A DNA stretch of 64,000 nucleotides from Calditrichia bacterium. GTDB taxonomy: Bacteria; Calditrichota; Calditrichia; RBG-13-44-9; J075. Each line of letters starts with the position of its first letter. The stretch's first letter is position 1. Location of the stretch: the NCBI GenBank assembly GCA_050633245.1, contig JBOEGD010000009.1, positions 96,001-160,000 on the forward strand. Reading direction: 5' to 3'. The position numbers and the translations under genes were made by a program. Below, one piece after another: positions 61,298-64,000 of the stretch. The notes under the pieces are model-generated. The model was not told the DNA's origin, made no database searches, and saw only the letters and a list, made by a program, of their open reading frames with translations.

Positions 61298-61362
61298 CGA
61301 CTAAATTTAGCTAAAAACAGTCAATAAGTCTACTTTTTTTAGTTTTTTTTGGAATCATGAAG

Positions 61363-61419
61363 GAAAACCCTCGGCTGCCACCAAAGTTTTGGGCCCGGTT
61401 TATTTTAATTGGCAACTAA
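61363..61419 (+). repeat. Orphan copy 3 of CHAT gene 3' end
   Basis: ENPRLPPKFWARFILIGN*; same 21-bp core. Confidence 0.9.
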
Positions 61420-61690
61420 CATAAGTGGATGGAACGAAAAAGAAATAAAGTAAAATACTTGGTGGCACACATGCGCTGCATGAAGTGCGAAAAAATGTCG
61501 ATCAGTATTTTGCTCACAGACAGACCTCACAAAAATTGGATAAAAATGGTCCATACAAAACTCAGAAACAAACGAGCAGCACAACAGAAGGTCAAAATTT
61601 GCCCGATTGCCTCATTGCCAAATGCTGACGATCTTTTCACTTTCCCTATTGTTTTCCGAAAATCAGCATGTTATATTCAGTCCGCTAAAC

Positions 61691-61773
<83 letters not shown>

Positions 61774-61789
61774 CGAATCAAATAAAATC

Positions 61790-61813
61790 AGGCGCTTAAC
61801 GGCGCCTTTTTTT
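61790..61813 (+). terminator. Intrinsic terminator after tRNA-Leu(TAG)
   Basis: AGGCGC-TTAACG-GCGCCT followed by a T-run. Confidence 0.75.
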
Positions 61814-62096
61814 ATTGCAAAAATCTCCCCTTTTCTCCTCAAAACTGCTCTGCTTGTGCAATACTGTGCTCAACTTGACTGAAACATCTTGAGTTTTCGG
61901 AAATTCAACTCTCTAGTTTAGCGTGTACCAAGTAAATAATCTTCCCACAACTTGCCTGAGAGGCTCCCTTTCCTTAATCGGGAAGCCTTCCTTTTATGCT
62001 ACATAGATATCGGTTATTGTTTGAGGGTTCTCATTTTAAAACTACAAAGCATGTTTTCCAGAAACGTGGTATGGAGTCATTTATTGGGGGTAAAAA

Positions 62097-62315
62097 ATGG
62101 CTGGGATTGTTGAGAAAAGAATTGATCTGCTATCGGATCAGTTTATTCCGGAAGAATATGTAATGGGTCCGGATATCACCACGGTTGAAAAAGAACTTTG
62201 GGGGCTGCCGCAGGCGAACTTTCCAGAAAAGATTGTGATCTACTATTACTGTAAAGGTGAACTGGTAGGCTGCCAAATTGTGCAGGTACTGCCCTACCCT
62301 GTTGGCAGAGCCTAA
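62097..62315 (+). CDS. Small hypothetical protein
   Basis: 72-aa ORF with G-rich RBS-like sequence; no recognisable motif. Confidence 0.4.
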   Translation: MAGIVEKRIDLLSDQFIPEEYVMGPDITTVEKELWGLPQANFPEKIVIYYYCKGELVGCQIVQVLPYPVGRA

Positions 62316-62493
62316 AATGTCGAATGTTTATAAAAGCGTGATCACTAAAAATGTTGTATCTAATTGAGGTAGTGGAAAAACTCTGGTAATATATTGACAA
62401 TTGCTCACTAACAAAGTGACTTAAAGTGAACATTAACACACTACAACAAATGTCCCAATCTTCCCACATTGATTCCAAATATACTTAGTTACA

Positions 62494-63291
62494 TCAAAAT
62501 TTTGCCTTAAAGCCCATTGTCACTCCTGCACCATCCAAAGTCGGATTTGCATCCTCAAAGCCATTGTATCGTGCTTCAATGATGATATCCAAGCTTTGAT
62601 TAACTACGAAATTTAATTGCGGTTCCGAGATCCATTGGTTGCGAGTATTCTTATTCACATTCAAATCTGCAAATCCACTAATATTAACTCTATCAGATAA
62701 GCTAAGGAACCAAATGACACTGGCTTGCCAACCGGAATCATCGCTTTCGTATGGGTGTAGGCGCCATTGCAGCCAACTTTTCCCGCCGGGCAAGATCGGT
62801 ATAGCGTGTTTAAAAGTGGGGCCGATTCGAAGCGTATGATTTCCAGGACCATTCAAATCATTGTATTCAAATTCCATTGCCAAGCCTCGAATCCCTAAGA
62901 CCCACTTTGGGTTGAGTGTGCGCCGAAGACGGTATTCCATAAAATGACGAGTAAAATCAATACGACTTCCTGCACGTTGGCTACTGTGAAGGTCTGTGAA
63001 ACCAAAAACATCTAACCCAAATGGTAGAGCAGATGTTTTAAGAAGAATATTTGCTGTATTGTATTCACGGCTGTCAATATAGTAGCTGACATTCAAATAA
63101 GTCTGTTTGCTGTTCTTAGACGGTACAGAGTTTATCTTCCCTTTCTCCTTGCCAAATGCTGAGACAGTAAGTATACCGATTAGTAAGCATACCAAAAAAA
63201 AGACGCGTTTATTTGACATTAAATTGAGTGCCTTCATCGAACGTCCTTTTTCATAAATACAAACGAAGATCATTTTTATTTTAGCTATCAA
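62494..63291 (-). CDS. Outer-membrane beta-barrel protein (Tsx/DUF5020-like); start probably ~63237
   Basis: Signal peptide, FGFTD, SGFAD, EPQL motifs, terminal Phe. Confidence 0.7.
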   Translation of the reverse strand: MIAKIKMIFVCIYEKGRSMKALNLMSNKRVFFLVCLLIGILTVSAFGKEKGKINSVPSKNSKQTYLNVSYYIDSREYNTANILLKTSALPFGLDVFGFTDLHSSQRAGSRIDFTRHFMEYRLRRTLNPKWVLGIRGLAMEFEYNDLNGPGNHTLRIGPTFKHAIPILPGGKSWLQWRLHPYESDDSGWQASVIWFLSLSDRVNISGFADLNVNKNTRNQWISEPQLNFVVNQSLDIIIEARYNGFEDANPTLDGAGVTMGFKAKF

Positions 63292-63431
63292 TATCGGCGA
63301 TTAATGGCCGAACATTAAAGCTGGAGCTAATGAAATATTTGCAGAAGCCGATCCAATACGAACGTCAATTCTCGAAAACAGCACGTCTCCTGTGTTGTTG
63401 AAAATTAGACCCTATTGAAGAGAGTCACTGA

Positions 63432-64000
63432 ATGAAATCCCAATTAGGTGAAAAGCAAAATCTTCATCGCGAAAGAGAGGCCATCGCCAAGGCCGGTAGA
63501 CTGCACTTCCTTCACTGGATTATTATAATCTTCTCTTTACTCCTCACTATTACAGCCTGGTATTTTTCAAAAAATCAAATTGATGAAAAGATCGAAACTC
63601 AATTTCTCCGGGAAGCGAACCAAGCTGTTGAACTTATTACAGAACGCATGCAGAAATATGAAGATGGGCTTTGGGGCGGTGTCTCAGCTATTCAGGCACA
63701 AGGTGGTAACATTGAGCATAAAAATTGGCAGAAATTTGCCAATAGTCTTCGTATTGACATTAAATATCCCGGAATTAATGGAATTGGTGTTATCCACCAT
63801 GTACCACAACACAGACTAGGTGCATACCTCGAAGAACAAAGGCAAGACCGACCAAATTATGACATCCATCCTCAACACACTGAGGGTGAATTCTGGCCGA
63901 TCACTTATGTTGAACCGGTTAGCGTCAATGCTCAAGCTGTCGGGTTGGACATGGCGCACGAAACAAATCGCTATTCTGCTGCAAAAAAAGCTCGCGATAC
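63432..64000 (+). CDS. CHASE-domain sensor (kinase or cyclase), 3'-truncated by window
   Basis: Hand translation: MKSQLG...TM...YPGINGIG...PITYVEP...N.QAVGLDM..E..R..A...ARD. Confidence 0.88.
   Translation, partial: MKSQLGEKQNLHREREAIAKAGRLHFLHWIIIIFSLLLTITAWYFSKNQIDEKIETQFLREANQAVELITERMQKYEDGLWGGVSAIQAQGGNIEHKNWQKFANSLRIDIKYPGINGIGVIHHVPQHRLGAYLEEQRQDRPNYDIHPQHTEGEFWPITYVEPVSVNAQAVGLDMAHETNRYSAAKKARD

Noticed and set aside
61945-61997. Glycine-riboswitch-like CTCTCAGG on the minus strand
   Set aside because: Other conserved aptamer elements are absent; better explained as a simple hairpin.

Overview
Bacterial chromosomal window. Five secreted proteins end in an 'NYPNPFNP..T.I' FlgD-Ig/T9SS-A-like domain, which suggests Calditrichota/KSB1 or an FCB relative (inference). 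1-16.7 kb is an AT-rich accessory/defence-like island downstream of tRNA-Leu(CAA). It holds a truncated PIN-GNAT protein, two pentapeptide-repeat-TIR paralogues, a Cap15-like beta-barrel, a pentapeptide-CHAT protein, decayed RuvC-like and IS remnants, and an unusual ECF sigma factor coupled to a 2TM eIF2B-like protein. Then come a RelE/HigA-type TA pair, a UDG-family gene, a thiol-activated-cytolysin lipoprotein, the complete tol-pal operon, a subtilase, WS/DGAT plus hydrolase, an Rhs protein with an ADP-ribosyltransferase tip and no immunity gene, more secreted proteins, a threonine dehydrogenase-like SDR, fabH, a TPR-CHAT protein, an AAA-DUF4143 ATPase, tRNA-Leu(TAG) and a truncated CHASE sensor. 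Non-coding highlights: (i) repeated in-frame copies of gene 3' ends (CHAT x3, fabH x2) bracket inserted genes; (ii) modular CTAC/GTAG hairpin arrays; (iii) period-7 tracts; (iv) a promoter family ending in ACTCCCC. All calls come from reading motifs by eye; no searches were run.
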